Shown here: piece by piece, positions 7,152 through 15,969 of the stretch
How the letters are laid out: the number at the start of each line of letters is the position of its first letter
How positions within the stretch are numbered: the first letter of the stretch is position 1
Source of the DNA: Campylobacterota bacterium
Lineage (GTDB): Bacteria > Campylobacterota > Campylobacteria > Campylobacterales > Sulfurimonadaceae
Reading direction: 5' to 3'
DNA: 21,819 nucleotides
NCBI GenBank assembly: GCA_034717975.1
Contig: JAYEMF010000024.1
Location: 1 to 21,819 of the forward strand
Made by a program: the position numbers and the translations under genes
Notes under the pieces: generated by a model
Databases searched by the model: none
Seen by the model: the letters and a program-made list of their open reading frames with translations, nothing else
Told to the model about the DNA's origin: nothing

Positions 7152-10055
7152 TTAAATACTAGCCTTTTCGTAGTTAACGGCGCCATCATATGCGTACTGG
7201 TTACCGTCCCAGAGAGCACCAAATTTCAGGTGGCCCCAACCGTCTGCCAATTCAAGCAGGTTCAACGACGTAGGTACAACTTCATTGTGCCCTTTGTTGA
7301 ACTTATACATGTATGGTTCCCAACCATGCTCCATTACCAGACCGTCAGCCGGTGACGATGATGAAAGTTTCGCCATCGCATAGAACTCGCCAAGGTTATT
7401 GAAGACGCGGATTGTATCGCCGTCTTTGATGCCCTTGGTCTCAGCCACAACACGGTTAAGTGCGATTGCCGGAACACCACGCTGAAGACGCAGCAGTGTA
7501 CGGCTTGTTTTATAGTTGGAGTGGATCGACCAGCGGGCATGCGGAGTCATAAGTACATATGGGTACTCTTGGCGCTGTGGACGGATACCTTCCATACCTG
7601 TATTGGTCGCTGCGCCCATTTTGATATACATATCATGATCAACATAGAATGTCTGGCGACCTGAAACAGTGTGCATCGGCTCCATTTTATAGAGGTGGTT
7701 CTCATTTGAGTTGTACGGTTTGTCAGAATAGAGCGGAGAGGTCTGTGCCGCTTTCTCATTGATCAGCAGGAATCCACCCACTTTATACATCTTCTCGATT
7801 GTCCATGGCTCATACTGCTTACACTTCTCAAGCGCTGCTTCAACCGCCATCTTGTCCGTACCAAGATAGACTTCACCTTCACCTTCAGACTCTTCATCGG
7901 TATTGGTGTACTCCTTATGGAAGATGCTCAGGTCATGAAAACCAGGTCTGGCATAACGCTTGTCATCTTTGACCTTCGCTTGGGCAATGTTCTCAGGACG
8001 GTTGGCGATCTCTTCAAGTTTCTTGGCCAGGAAAGTGAACATTGTCCACTCATCTTTGGCTTCGCCGACATTTTTGATATTCGCGACAGGGTGTGCAAGA
8101 TTGGTAAAACGGTGGTAGCCCGGAGAGGTACGAATGTCGTATACCTCATAATGGGATTTTGCCGGAAGCAATACGTCAGCATACTGTGCCGCTTCACTCA
8201 TACGATAGTCAACATAAGCGAAGAAATCCATACGACCCAGGAATGCTTTACGGTACTCGTTGCCTTTGTTACGACGGAACGTAGAGTCGGCTACGATCAG
8301 TGCCGTTGTCGGCAGCCACCATGGCTTGACAACATTACCGTTTTCCGACCTCATGTTATCCCCGCCATTTTTTCCGCGTGCAAGCAGCGCTTCGACAACA
8401 GTGATATACTCATCTTTGCTCATGCCGTTTTGCGCACGTTTGACATCTTCGTCATCAAAGTACTCTTTAAATGTTTTCATGCCGTTGCCGCTCATGAACT
8501 CTCCAACGAATCCGGAACCGAAACGCGGAGCATATTTACCGCTGAAACCGGAAAGGGCGCCAAGACCGGAAAGCTGGAACTCATTCTCAGTGTTTAGACC
8601 ACCGTATGGTCCCATGCGTCCTGTCAGACCACAGATAGAAGCGACATTCCAGATCGTCATCATGCCATTGAAGTATTTGTTCAATGAGAAACCGGTTGTG
8701 ATCTCGACAACTTTTGGAAGTGCAATATCTTTTGCCAGCTGAACTACCGTATCCGGGTGAACACCCGTGATATCTTTTGTTGCTTCCGGAACAAATTTAG
8801 CTGCAGATTTTTTCAACATTTCAAAGACAGTGGTCACTTTACGTGTATGGCCATGCATGTCAATGATCTCCCACTCGCCCTCAAGCTCTGGTTTAATACC
8901 AAATTCTTTAAGGCGGAGTGTACGGGTATCACTACCATGTGAACCCGGCATCAATGCCGGTTTCTTGTCGTTGGCATTCATGCAGTAGAAAGAGTCTTCA
9001 TATTTATAATGCTCTTCTTTGTTCTCTGCATATTCCATATCGGAACGGCGGATCATTTTCTGCGTCTCGACGTCAACCAGGAATGACAAGTCAGTGTACT
9101 GCTTCATAAACTCCGGTTTATAAAGTTTTTGATCAAGGATGACCTGAATAACGCTCATTGCCAGAATATTGTCTGAACCGGCTTTGATCGGTATCCAGAG
9201 ATCTGATGATTTCGCTGTCGCATTGAATTCAGGAGTAATTGTAATGATCTTCGCACCATTATATTTACCTTCCCAAACGAAGTGAGCATCAGGGATACGG
9301 GATACTGAAGGATTACCACCCCACATTACCGCTGTATCCACATTGTACATGAAGTCCCACGTACAACCGAGGTTACCCTCGCCGTATGCGATCGCGGCAC
9401 CGGAGAACATATCTCCAAGATAAGATGACGGATAGATACGGTTGGCACCCAGTTGTGTCGAGAAACGAAGCGGAGCACCACGACGGCCTTCGCTCAGGAG
9501 ACCAGTACCTGCATGTACCATCAGTTTATCCGGTCCGCGTTCCGGATCGGTCAGTGTATCAAAGATGTTTTGACAGATCTTCTCTGCCGCCTCATCCCAG
9601 GAAGCACGTTTCCATTTGCCTTCACCACGTTCACCGACGCGGATCATCGGGTAAAGAATACGATCCTTTTGATACATTACCTGTGAGTGCTGCACCCCTT
9701 TGTTACAGCCGCGAGGGTTGAAATCAGGGATCTTGGCATTGATGACCGGGTAGCGGGCCGACTGGTTCTCACGTGTGATGACACCGTTGTGCGACCACAC
9801 TTCCCAGGCACAGTTACCTTGACAGTTTACACAGTGGTATGCAAACCCGTGTTCCTCTTTTTTACCATAAGTAAAAGAGAACTCATTACGGTACATCTCT
9901 TCCGTATAGTTGGTGTTCGGGTAATCATTTTTACCGTTTTCTACAGAGATTACGTCAGTCTTTGCGAAGAGGCTGCCTTGTGAAGCAACCAACGCAGCTG
10001 TCATACCTGAAACTTTCAGGAAATCTCTACGTTTACTATTCATCACTTTCGTCAT
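7152..10055 (-). CDS. Tat-exported type II DMSO reductase family molybdoenzyme, catalytic alpha subunit (SerA/ClrA/PcrA/DdhA/EbdA/periplasmic NarG group); substrate not determined
   Basis: 967 aa; twin-arginine signal SKRRDFLK; FS0 ligands H74-C78-C82 (HCVNCQGNC) and C117 (PRGCNKG); candidate Mo-ligand Asp215 (YLGDMF); TPHARWSIHS C-terminal motif; GGGGGAGG RBS. Confidence 0.93.
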   Translation of the reverse strand: MTKVMNSKRRDFLKVSGMTAALVASQGSLFAKTDVISVENGKNDYPNTNYTEEMYRNEFSFTYGKKEEHGFAYHCVNCQGNCAWEVWSHNGVITRENQSARYPVINAKIPDFNPRGCNKGVQHSQVMYQKDRILYPMIRVGERGEGKWKRASWDEAAEKICQNIFDTLTDPERGPDKLMVHAGTGLLSEGRRGAPLRFSTQLGANRIYPSSYLGDMFSGAAIAYGEGNLGCTWDFMYNVDTAVMWGGNPSVSRIPDAHFVWEGKYNGAKIITITPEFNATAKSSDLWIPIKAGSDNILAMSVIQVILDQKLYKPEFMKQYTDLSFLVDVETQKMIRRSDMEYAENKEEHYKYEDSFYCMNANDKKPALMPGSHGSDTRTLRLKEFGIKPELEGEWEIIDMHGHTRKVTTVFEMLKKSAAKFVPEATKDITGVHPDTVVQLAKDIALPKVVEITTGFSLNKYFNGMMTIWNVASICGLTGRMGPYGGLNTENEFQLSGLGALSGFSGKYAPRFGSGFVGEFMSGNGMKTFKEYFDDEDVKRAQNGMSKDEYITVVEALLARGKNGGDNMRSENGNVVKPWWLPTTALIVADSTFRRNKGNEYRKAFLGRMDFFAYVDYRMSEAAQYADVLLPAKSHYEVYDIRTSPGYHRFTNLAHPVANIKNVGEAKDEWTMFTFLAKKLEEIANRPENIAQAKVKDDKRYARPGFHDLSIFHKEYTNTDEESEGEGEVYLGTDKMAVEAALEKCKQYEPWTIEKMYKVGGFLLINEKAAQTSPLYSDKPYNSNENHLYKMEPMHTVSGRQTFYVDHDMYIKMGAATNTGMEGIRPQRQEYPYVLMTPHARWSIHSNYKTSRTLLRLQRGVPAIALNRVVAETKGIKDGDTIRVFNNLGEFYAMAKLSSSSPADGLVMEHGWEPYMYKFNKGHNEVVPTSLNLLELADGWGHLKFGALWDGNQYAYDGAVNYEKASI

Positions 10056-10070
10056 TTTATAGCCTCCCCC

Positions 10071-11207
10071 TTATCGTTTAAGCGGCAACGACATATCATT
10101 GCCCCATTCATCCCAGCTTCCTGAGTATGCTTTAACATTTTTATACCCAAGAAGTTTCAACGCTGTGATGATTTCTGTACTACGTCCGGCACCTACCTGA
10201 CAGTAAGCATAAACCGTCTTGTCCGGTGTGATGTTGTAGTGTGCAAATACTTTTTTCAACTCGTCCGCTTTGCGGAAAGAGAGTTTTCTATCCAGATCAG
10301 AGACCTTTTTCCATTCAAGCAGTGTTGCACCCGGAATATGACCGCCGCGTGCGACATTATCCATCTTACGCTCGCCGATGATCTCGCTCATGGCACGGGT
10401 ATCGACAATAACGTATTTGGAGTCTTCACCATTTTTCAGGATATCTTCCATCGCTGTTTTAACTTCCTCTTTACCTGCAATATAAGAGTAGTCGAGCGCG
10501 TCCTTATTGATATGGTAGGTTTTAGCCTCAACATGTTCATCGCCTTTTACAACGAACAGATTGACAGAGGCCGCCTCAAGACGTGCAGAGATCTCTTTTT
10601 GCCTGATCTTAGAGTCAGCCACAACCTTTTTCAACTCAGCTTCAACAGGAAGTGCTTCACCCGTTTCTTTCGCTTTTTCAAGTGTTTTTTTCGCTTTTTT
10701 GCCTACTTTTTTCTCGGCCTTCAACTCAGCATAGATCCCGTTATAGATCTTCTGTGCCGGGTCAAGCTCCATAATTGCATTACGGCCACCGTTAAGAATC
10801 TTAATGTTTGTATGCCCGTAGCTTTTAAAGAAAAAGTAAACTCCTGTCGCATTCGGTCCCTTGAAATCATCATAAGCAATGATCATCGTCTCATTGCTGA
10901 TCCCCTTTGACCCAATGTAGTGCTCTGCATCGTCAATACAGCGAAACAACGGTTTACAATGCATCTCTCCCGCCAAGTCTGAATGGTGCAGGTGGTGTGC
11001 GTACATCTCTACCGAACCTTTTATATGTCCCAACTGGTAGACATCCGGGTTGTCGCCTGAAACGAACATGACGTTCGGGTTGCCGATCAGCTTGATCGCC
11101 TCTTCGGCAGAGATCAGGATACTGTTGTCTTCGTATCCGTCATCTGCCGCGGCAGGGATAAACATCAGCGCTGCTGCAATACACAGTGCCTTAAGCAATC
11201 TCATCAT
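10071..11207 (-). CDS. exported tandem-domain rhodanese/sulfurtransferase family protein
   Basis: Sec-like signal; two GHI(K/P)G motifs, IVDTR..E, active-site YCQVGAGRS, C-terminal YSGSWDEW signature; AAGGAG RBS; ends 15 bp upstream of the alpha gene. Confidence 0.92.
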   Translation of the reverse strand: MMRLLKALCIAAALMFIPAAADDGYEDNSILISAEEAIKLIGNPNVMFVSGDNPDVYQLGHIKGSVEMYAHHLHHSDLAGEMHCKPLFRCIDDAEHYIGSKGISNETMIIAYDDFKGPNATGVYFFFKSYGHTNIKILNGGRNAIMELDPAQKIYNGIYAELKAEKKVGKKAKKTLEKAKETGEALPVEAELKKVVADSKIRQKEISARLEAASVNLFVVKGDEHVEAKTYHINKDALDYSYIAGKEEVKTAMEDILKNGEDSKYVIVDTRAMSEIIGERKMDNVARGGHIPGATLLEWKKVSDLDRKLSFRKADELKKVFAHYNITPDKTVYAYCQVGAGRSTEIITALKLLGYKNVKAYSGSWDEWGNDMSLPLKR

Positions 11208-11345
11208 CTGTGCTCCTTTCTATCGCATTGTATTTGAGCACTTCGGCAGTGCCAAAAATATTCCAAAAAACTACTGGCGCTTAGAGACCGGTGACTAAAT
11301 ACTCATATTAATCGCCAGATAGATTTAGTACAGAATAAATACACC

Positions 11346-11351
11346 ATTATA
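11346..11351 (-). promoter_or_regulatory. candidate sigma70 -10 box (TATAAT) for the rhodanese-molybdoenzyme operon
   Basis: Perfect TATAAT on the minus strand ~140 bp upstream of the start codon; position only, no TSS data. Confidence 0.5.
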
Positions 11352-11662
11352 AACTTACCTGGGGAATATTATTTAAAGTCAGCAAAGATTGGAGCGAAGA
11401 TCGGACTTTTTTTATCTTGGAGCATTACAAATCGAAACACAATTAACATTAATTTTTCTTATATCTTATTGTCCTGTCGCCAAACTTCCAAAAGTTTGAG
11501 AAGAGTAGCTTTGGTACGATAACAAAACGGTAAAATGACAGGAGCTTAAAACGATATGTTTTCTCGACTCCCAAGTACATGGCCGCCCAATGTGCCGAAA
11601 ATCTCAATTGTGGCCAGCGGAGCAGCTTCGATGTTTTCATGGCTAAAGCATGCGGGTGTTTT

Positions 11663-12112
11663 CTAAATACTGTGCAGCACATAGATGTCGTCACCGCCGC
11701 TGATCTCACCGCCTTCTATAACTTTTGCAAAAATTCCTCTTGCATTTTTCAACAGCTTGGGCAGTTTCGGATGCACCTTTGACAATCCGGCACAGATCAT
11801 ACCGCCATGACTGATTTCTAAAACCGTTTTACCGACTTGAAGCCGCGTACCGACTTTTAAAGAGTATGGATTAAAATCAACCAGGATATTCTCTCCCAAT
11901 TCCCCATGCTCGATCCCTATCCCATTCTCTTTGGTCATCGCATAACTTTTTGTGGATGTGATCAGTATCGATCTGTGTAAGTCTTTCCCATGGTGTTTAT
12001 CTTCACAAACACCTCCCTCATCAACCTCGATCTTTCTTTTTGCAATCCGACCCTTCTGCCCCTCTTCGGCCAGAAATAATTTCAAGACTTTTCCCGCTGC
12101 CTCTTTTTTCAT
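11663..12112 (-). CDS. stand-alone MOSC domain protein
   Basis: GGVCEDKHHG...R.ILI, GELGENILVD, L.VGTRLQVG..VLEIS...C, RGIFAKVIEGGEISGGD; ATGA overlap with the upstream gene. Confidence 0.9.
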   Translation of the reverse strand: MKKEAAGKVLKLFLAEEGQKGRIAKRKIEVDEGGVCEDKHHGKDLHRSILITSTKSYAMTKENGIGIEHGELGENILVDFNPYSLKVGTRLQVGKTVLEISHGGMICAGLSKVHPKLPKLLKNARGIFAKVIEGGEISGGDDIYVLHSI

Positions 12113-12633
12113 TTTAACCCGTCCTTTGGCTCTTGATCCATGCCATCTTCTATATGATAATACGCTTCCAGGCCGCTAAACCAGTAGTCCGCCTCAATCG
12201 ATAATGAGGCTGCTTCCCTGCGCTTGAAGTGGTCATTCATATCAAAGTCGCTGTTTTTGCCGTAATTGTCTTTATACTCTTGTATGAATTTCGCATAATC
12301 TTTCTCTTTCATTGCCGTGATCTTAAAGGTGATCATATCGTACACCTTGTTTTCGACCTCAAACTGCTTGCCATCTATAAATGCCACGTTGATACCGCCG
12401 TAACGCTCATCCTCTTCCAAGGTCAGGTTCATCTCGATGTTCGCCCTTATCATCGCAAACATATGGATAAACTGATCGATGGGCATCTGTAGTGAATGTA
12501 CGATTACAGGGCGTTTGTTATCATAGCCCCAACCACCGCTGATATCAAGATCAACATCAAATGTATCTTTAATTACTTGGGAAAGATTCTCTACAGGCTC
12601 AATTTGTTCAAATATTATATTAATCTTTTTCAA
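12109..12633 (-). CDS. hypothetical protein
   Basis: 174-aa acidic ORF, TTG start overlapping the soxW end, stop overlapping the MOSC start; no motif recognised. Confidence 0.75.
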   Translation of the reverse strand: MKKINIIFEQIEPVENLSQVIKDTFDVDLDISGGWGYDNKRPVIVHSLQMPIDQFIHMFAMIRANIEMNLTLEEDERYGGINVAFIDGKQFEVENKVYDMITFKITAMKEKDYAKFIQEYKDNYGKNSDFDMNDHFKRREAASLSIEADYWFSGLEAYYHIEDGMDQEPKDGLK

Positions 12634-13102
12634 AGTCCAGCTTTTCTTTATAGCTCTCTAAGTCCATTTTTTTATAGCTTTCAGTTGATATATAAGTGAT
12701 GTCAGCAAAATGTTCATCAATATTTCTGTAACCGATTGCCCTATGAAGCACTTTTCCGTTTTTATCCATAAAAACAGTTGCGGGGTAGGCAACGGCTCCA
12801 ATATAACTTGAAAACTCTTTATGAGTGCCTGCAAAATCTTTAAATACGACAGGGTCGGTATCTGCCGTATATATATCTACATAGATAAAATTTTTGTTCA
12901 CAACTTTTAAGATATTTGGATCTTTGAAGTTTTCTTCAATCATTCTTTGACAATAGGGACATCCTGGGATATGGTGAAAAAACATTATAAATTTGTTTTG
13001 ATTTTTAGCAGTTTCCAAATGCTTATTGAGATCCACTTCTGCACTGTTGGCAAAAGTAAAAAGTATCAACATCAAAAAAGATGTTACAAGTTTTTTAAAC
13101 AT
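12620..13102 (-). CDS. soxW: periplasmic thioredoxin-fold protein, SoxW family
   Basis: Signal peptide, GCPYC motif, YPATVFMD..G; adjacent to sox genes; GGAG RBS favours ATG 13102 over GTG 13105. Confidence 0.8.
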   Translation of the reverse strand: MFKKLVTSFLMLILFTFANSAEVDLNKHLETAKNQNKFIMFFHHIPGCPYCQRMIEENFKDPNILKVVNKNFIYVDIYTADTDPVVFKDFAGTHKEFSSYIGAVAYPATVFMDKNGKVLHRAIGYRNIDEHFADITYISTESYKKMDLESYKEKLDFEKD

Positions 13103-13204
13103 CACAACTCCACTCTCATTAAAAAAATTACCGTAAGCACTTAATAAGCGACATAATTATATTATTGATAATTATATAACAAAACTTCTTGAAGGATTAT
13201 TACA

Positions 13205-14554
13205 GTGGCAATTTCACGAAGAGACGCCTTAAAATTAACTACAGTTTTGGCAACATCAACTGCAATTTCAGGATGTGCAACAACACAATCTTCACAATCA
13301 ATTACTAAAGATGTAAAGGAAGAAAACAACAAAGCGCCGCTGCCTGATAAAAAAAACACTAGAGTTGTCATAGTTGGAGGCGGTTGGTCTGGATTATCCG
13401 TTGCAAAAAACTTAAAGCACTTTTCTCCAAAAACAGAGGTGATATTAGTTGAACAAAAGGATCAGTTTATCTCTTGCCCAATGAGTAATTTATGGTTAGT
13501 AGATAAAGTAAGCCTTGAGTATCTGACACATGATTATCTGCAAGCTGCAAGAAAAAATAACTATATTTTTTTTCAAGCCACTGCAACCGGAATGGATAAA
13601 AAAAACAATATACTTCATACAACAAAAGGTGATATAGAGTATGACTATATACTTTTTGCTCCCGGCATTGACTATGACTATTCATTTCTAACGCAAGATT
13701 TAGAACTTGAAAATAGACTAAAACAGGAATATCCGGCTGGATTTAAACCTGGCAGCGAACACTTGACTTTAAAAAATAAAATTCACAATTTTAAAGAGGG
13801 GAACTTTCTTATGACTGTTCCTGCCGGAAATTATAGGTGTTTACCGGCACCTTATGAAAGAGCTTGTTTGGTTGCTGATTTTTTTAAATCGAAAAATCTT
13901 AACGCAAAAGTGGTATTGCTGGATGAAAATAACGATATAACTATAAAAGAGAAAGGGTTTCATAGTGCCTTTGAAGAACTTTATAGTGATTATTTAGAAT
14001 ACTATCCAAATTCAAAAATTGAGTATATAGATCTGGATGAAAAGTTCGTCGAAACAGAATTTGAAGAGTTTAATTTTGATGATGCATCTTTCTATCCGCG
14101 TGTTAGAGGTGCAAAGATATTAGAGAAGGTAGGTATTGCAAAAGATACTGTATTTAATAGGTTAGAAGCAAATATTAATGGGCTTACTTATCAAGCTATT
14201 GGTTATGAAAACATCTTTGTATCCGGTGATGCAAGACCTATGGGATTCTCAAAGTCGGGTAATACCGCAAGTACAGAAGGGTTTTTTGTAGCTACATTAA
14301 TAGCAGATAGAATAAATGAAGTTAAAAATACCCCTTGGCAGTCTCCCACAACATTATGTTTTTCAGCAGTTTCAATGTCACCAGAACGTGCAATCTTCGT
14401 AAATTCAATGTATGCTTACAATGAAAAAAAGAAAAGATTTGGATTTGCCACTCCAAAGACGAGTGAAGCTTGGAAAGGAAAAGAGGGATTAACAAATGCA
14501 AAAGCCCAGCATGACTGGGCTAATGCAATATATAGATATATGTTTGGAGATTAA
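13205..14554 (+). CDS. soxF: flavocytochrome c sulfide dehydrogenase flavoprotein (SoxF/FccB family), probable Tat lipoprotein
   Basis: SRRDALK plus AISGC lipobox; VVIVGGGWSG FAD motif, SCPMSN, YRCLPAPYERA, PMGFSKSG, TLCFS. Confidence 0.88.
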   Translation: MAISRRDALKLTTVLATSTAISGCATTQSSQSITKDVKEENNKAPLPDKKNTRVVIVGGGWSGLSVAKNLKHFSPKTEVILVEQKDQFISCPMSNLWLVDKVSLEYLTHDYLQAARKNNYIFFQATATGMDKKNNILHTTKGDIEYDYILFAPGIDYDYSFLTQDLELENRLKQEYPAGFKPGSEHLTLKNKIHNFKEGNFLMTVPAGNYRCLPAPYERACLVADFFKSKNLNAKVVLLDENNDITIKEKGFHSAFEELYSDYLEYYPNSKIEYIDLDEKFVETEFEEFNFDDASFYPRVRGAKILEKVGIAKDTVFNRLEANINGLTYQAIGYENIFVSGDARPMGFSKSGNTASTEGFFVATLIADRINEVKNTPWQSPTTLCFSAVSMSPERAIFVNSMYAYNEKKKRFGFATPKTSEAWKGKEGLTNAKAQHDWANAIYRYMFGD

Positions 14555-14557
14555 TTT

Positions 14558-15538
14558 CTATTCAATGGTTGAATCCACTGTTGACTCTAACAAGTCTTGT
14601 GCATCGATCAACGGTTCAAGTGATGGATCATCAAATATGTTTGTAGACATTATCCAGTTGTAAACAGATGGATATCCCATACGAGTGAACTTTTCCCCTT
14701 TTTTCTTGTACATATACATAGTACAAGGTGCAAATGCTCCAACTTCCGGATGTAGTTTATGCACCGGATATATAACTTCTAATTTACAAATAGCGTATGT
14801 ATCATAGAATTCAAAATCTTCAATACCATTTTCGTTTAAATCTTCATTGACCGGATAAAATCCTGCAACTATAAAACCTTGAGATTCAATTTCACCTTCC
14901 ATTGTTTCTTGATAGCTCTCTTTTGCTTCTTCGATATCGTCACCATCATTTGGTAAAACAAAAGCAAATCTCGTTATGATTTCCCCATCAGGTCTTATTT
15001 TCTTATAACTTAACTTCTGAAAATCACCGTTAGGTAGAGCTTCTTTTAAAGACTTTGTCATCTTATCAAAAAGTGATATCAAATCAGGATTGGATTCAGG
15101 TACACCTGTTATTCTAGACATTCCAGTTAGTGAAAGTGATGAAATGCTTATTGTTTTTCCATCTTTTGAATATACAGAGGTACTTAGCGGTGATAAAAGT
15201 CCAAACTCCGGATAATCTTTTATAAGATTTGCACTTACCTTTGGATTATGTATAAACATTAGCCTATACATATGAAAATCTTTTCCCCCGCCAAATCTTT
15301 GTTCAAATGCCCGGTTCATATTGTTATTACCGACAATTGTAAAGCCGTTAGCTTTAAAAGCTTTTTCTATGCTTTGTACTGTTATCTTTCCATCGCTGTT
15401 GTCAGCACTGAAGATTCTGATATCTTCTCTTGTTTGCACTTTCTGTGCTGTTTGTTTTGGAGCAGAAACCTCTTTGCTACATCCGTTAAAGAACAATACC
15501 AGCATCAGAGTCAGAGTTGAAAGAACTATTTTTTTCAT
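14558..15538 (-). CDS. tandem DUF302-like domain lipoprotein
   Basis: Lipobox FFNGC; two similar halves (GFTIV..N / GFIVA..; PEFGLLSPLS / PEVGAFAPCT); AAGGAG RBS. Confidence 0.8.
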   Translation of the reverse strand: MKKIVLSTLTLMLVLFFNGCSKEVSAPKQTAQKVQTREDIRIFSADNSDGKITVQSIEKAFKANGFTIVGNNNMNRAFEQRFGGGKDFHMYRLMFIHNPKVSANLIKDYPEFGLLSPLSTSVYSKDGKTISISSLSLTGMSRITGVPESNPDLISLFDKMTKSLKEALPNGDFQKLSYKKIRPDGEIITRFAFVLPNDGDDIEEAKESYQETMEGEIESQGFIVAGFYPVNEDLNENGIEDFEFYDTYAICKLEVIYPVHKLHPEVGAFAPCTMYMYKKKGEKFTRMGYPSVYNWIMSTNIFDDPSLEPLIDAQDLLESTVDSTIE

Positions 15539-15553
15539 GATTACTCCTTAAAT

Positions 15554-15958
15554 TTATCTTTTCTTTTTTCTAGCTGCAAGTTCGACAGATTTTGTATAGG
15601 TATTACCTTTTCTATCGGTAGCAGTTACCGTAAGTAGATCACCTTGATCTGCTTCTGTTCTCTTCACACCATTGTCTATCTCTCTACCAGATAGTTTTCT
15701 ACCTATTTTAAATGTGTCACATTTAAACTGAAACTTAAAGATAGGGTTTTTAGAGAAAAACTGACTGGTTGAGATATCTAATACCGTTTCATTTTCTATT
15801 TTCCCGGTAATATGCGTAATGAAGTTTGCATCATCTCTGTTGCCTGTTTTTGTCTTGGCTTGATTGTAAGTCATCATAGGGTGAGAAAAGGCCATTTTAG
15901 CAGTTGCTACACCATTTTTTATTTTAACTTTTATAGCTGTTATTTTATTTCTTGCCAT
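15554..15958 (-). CDS. soxZ: sulfur carrier complex protein SoxZ
   Basis: HPM, ANFITHIT, SKNPIFKF, GD.LTVTATD..G; directly downstream of soxY. Confidence 0.93.
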   Translation of the reverse strand: MARNKITAIKVKIKNGVATAKMAFSHPMMTYNQAKTKTGNRDDANFITHITGKIENETVLDISTSQFFSKNPIFKFQFKCDTFKIGRKLSGREIDNGVKRTEADQGDLLTVTATDRKGNTYTKSVELAARKKKR

Positions 15959-15969
15959 CTGTTTTCCAC

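Noticed and set aside
6742..7355. Small ORFs crossing the alpha-beta spacer (6742..6981, 7086..7355)
   Set aside because: Mostly overlap the alpha or beta genes; the spacer is better explained by hairpins
7917..8742. Long plus-strand ORFs (226 aa, 160 aa) and similar ORFs such as 10239..10910, 22..474 and 5913..6353
   Set aside because: Antisense shadows of well-supported genes with no recognisable motifs
7152..10055. Naming the enzyme narG, serA, clrA or pcrA
   Set aside because: Tat signal, 967-aa length and absence of narI exclude cytoplasmic NarG; motifs alone cannot assign a substrate among the periplasmic members
11481..11498. Palindrome CAAACTT-N4-AAGTTTG
   Set aside because: Single short AT-rich repeat ~130 bp upstream of the candidate -10 box; no second copy seen
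11449..11709. 86-aa minus-strand ORF between MOSC and the rhodanese
   Set aside because: Overlaps the MOSC end out of frame, no clear RBS or motif; cannot be supported
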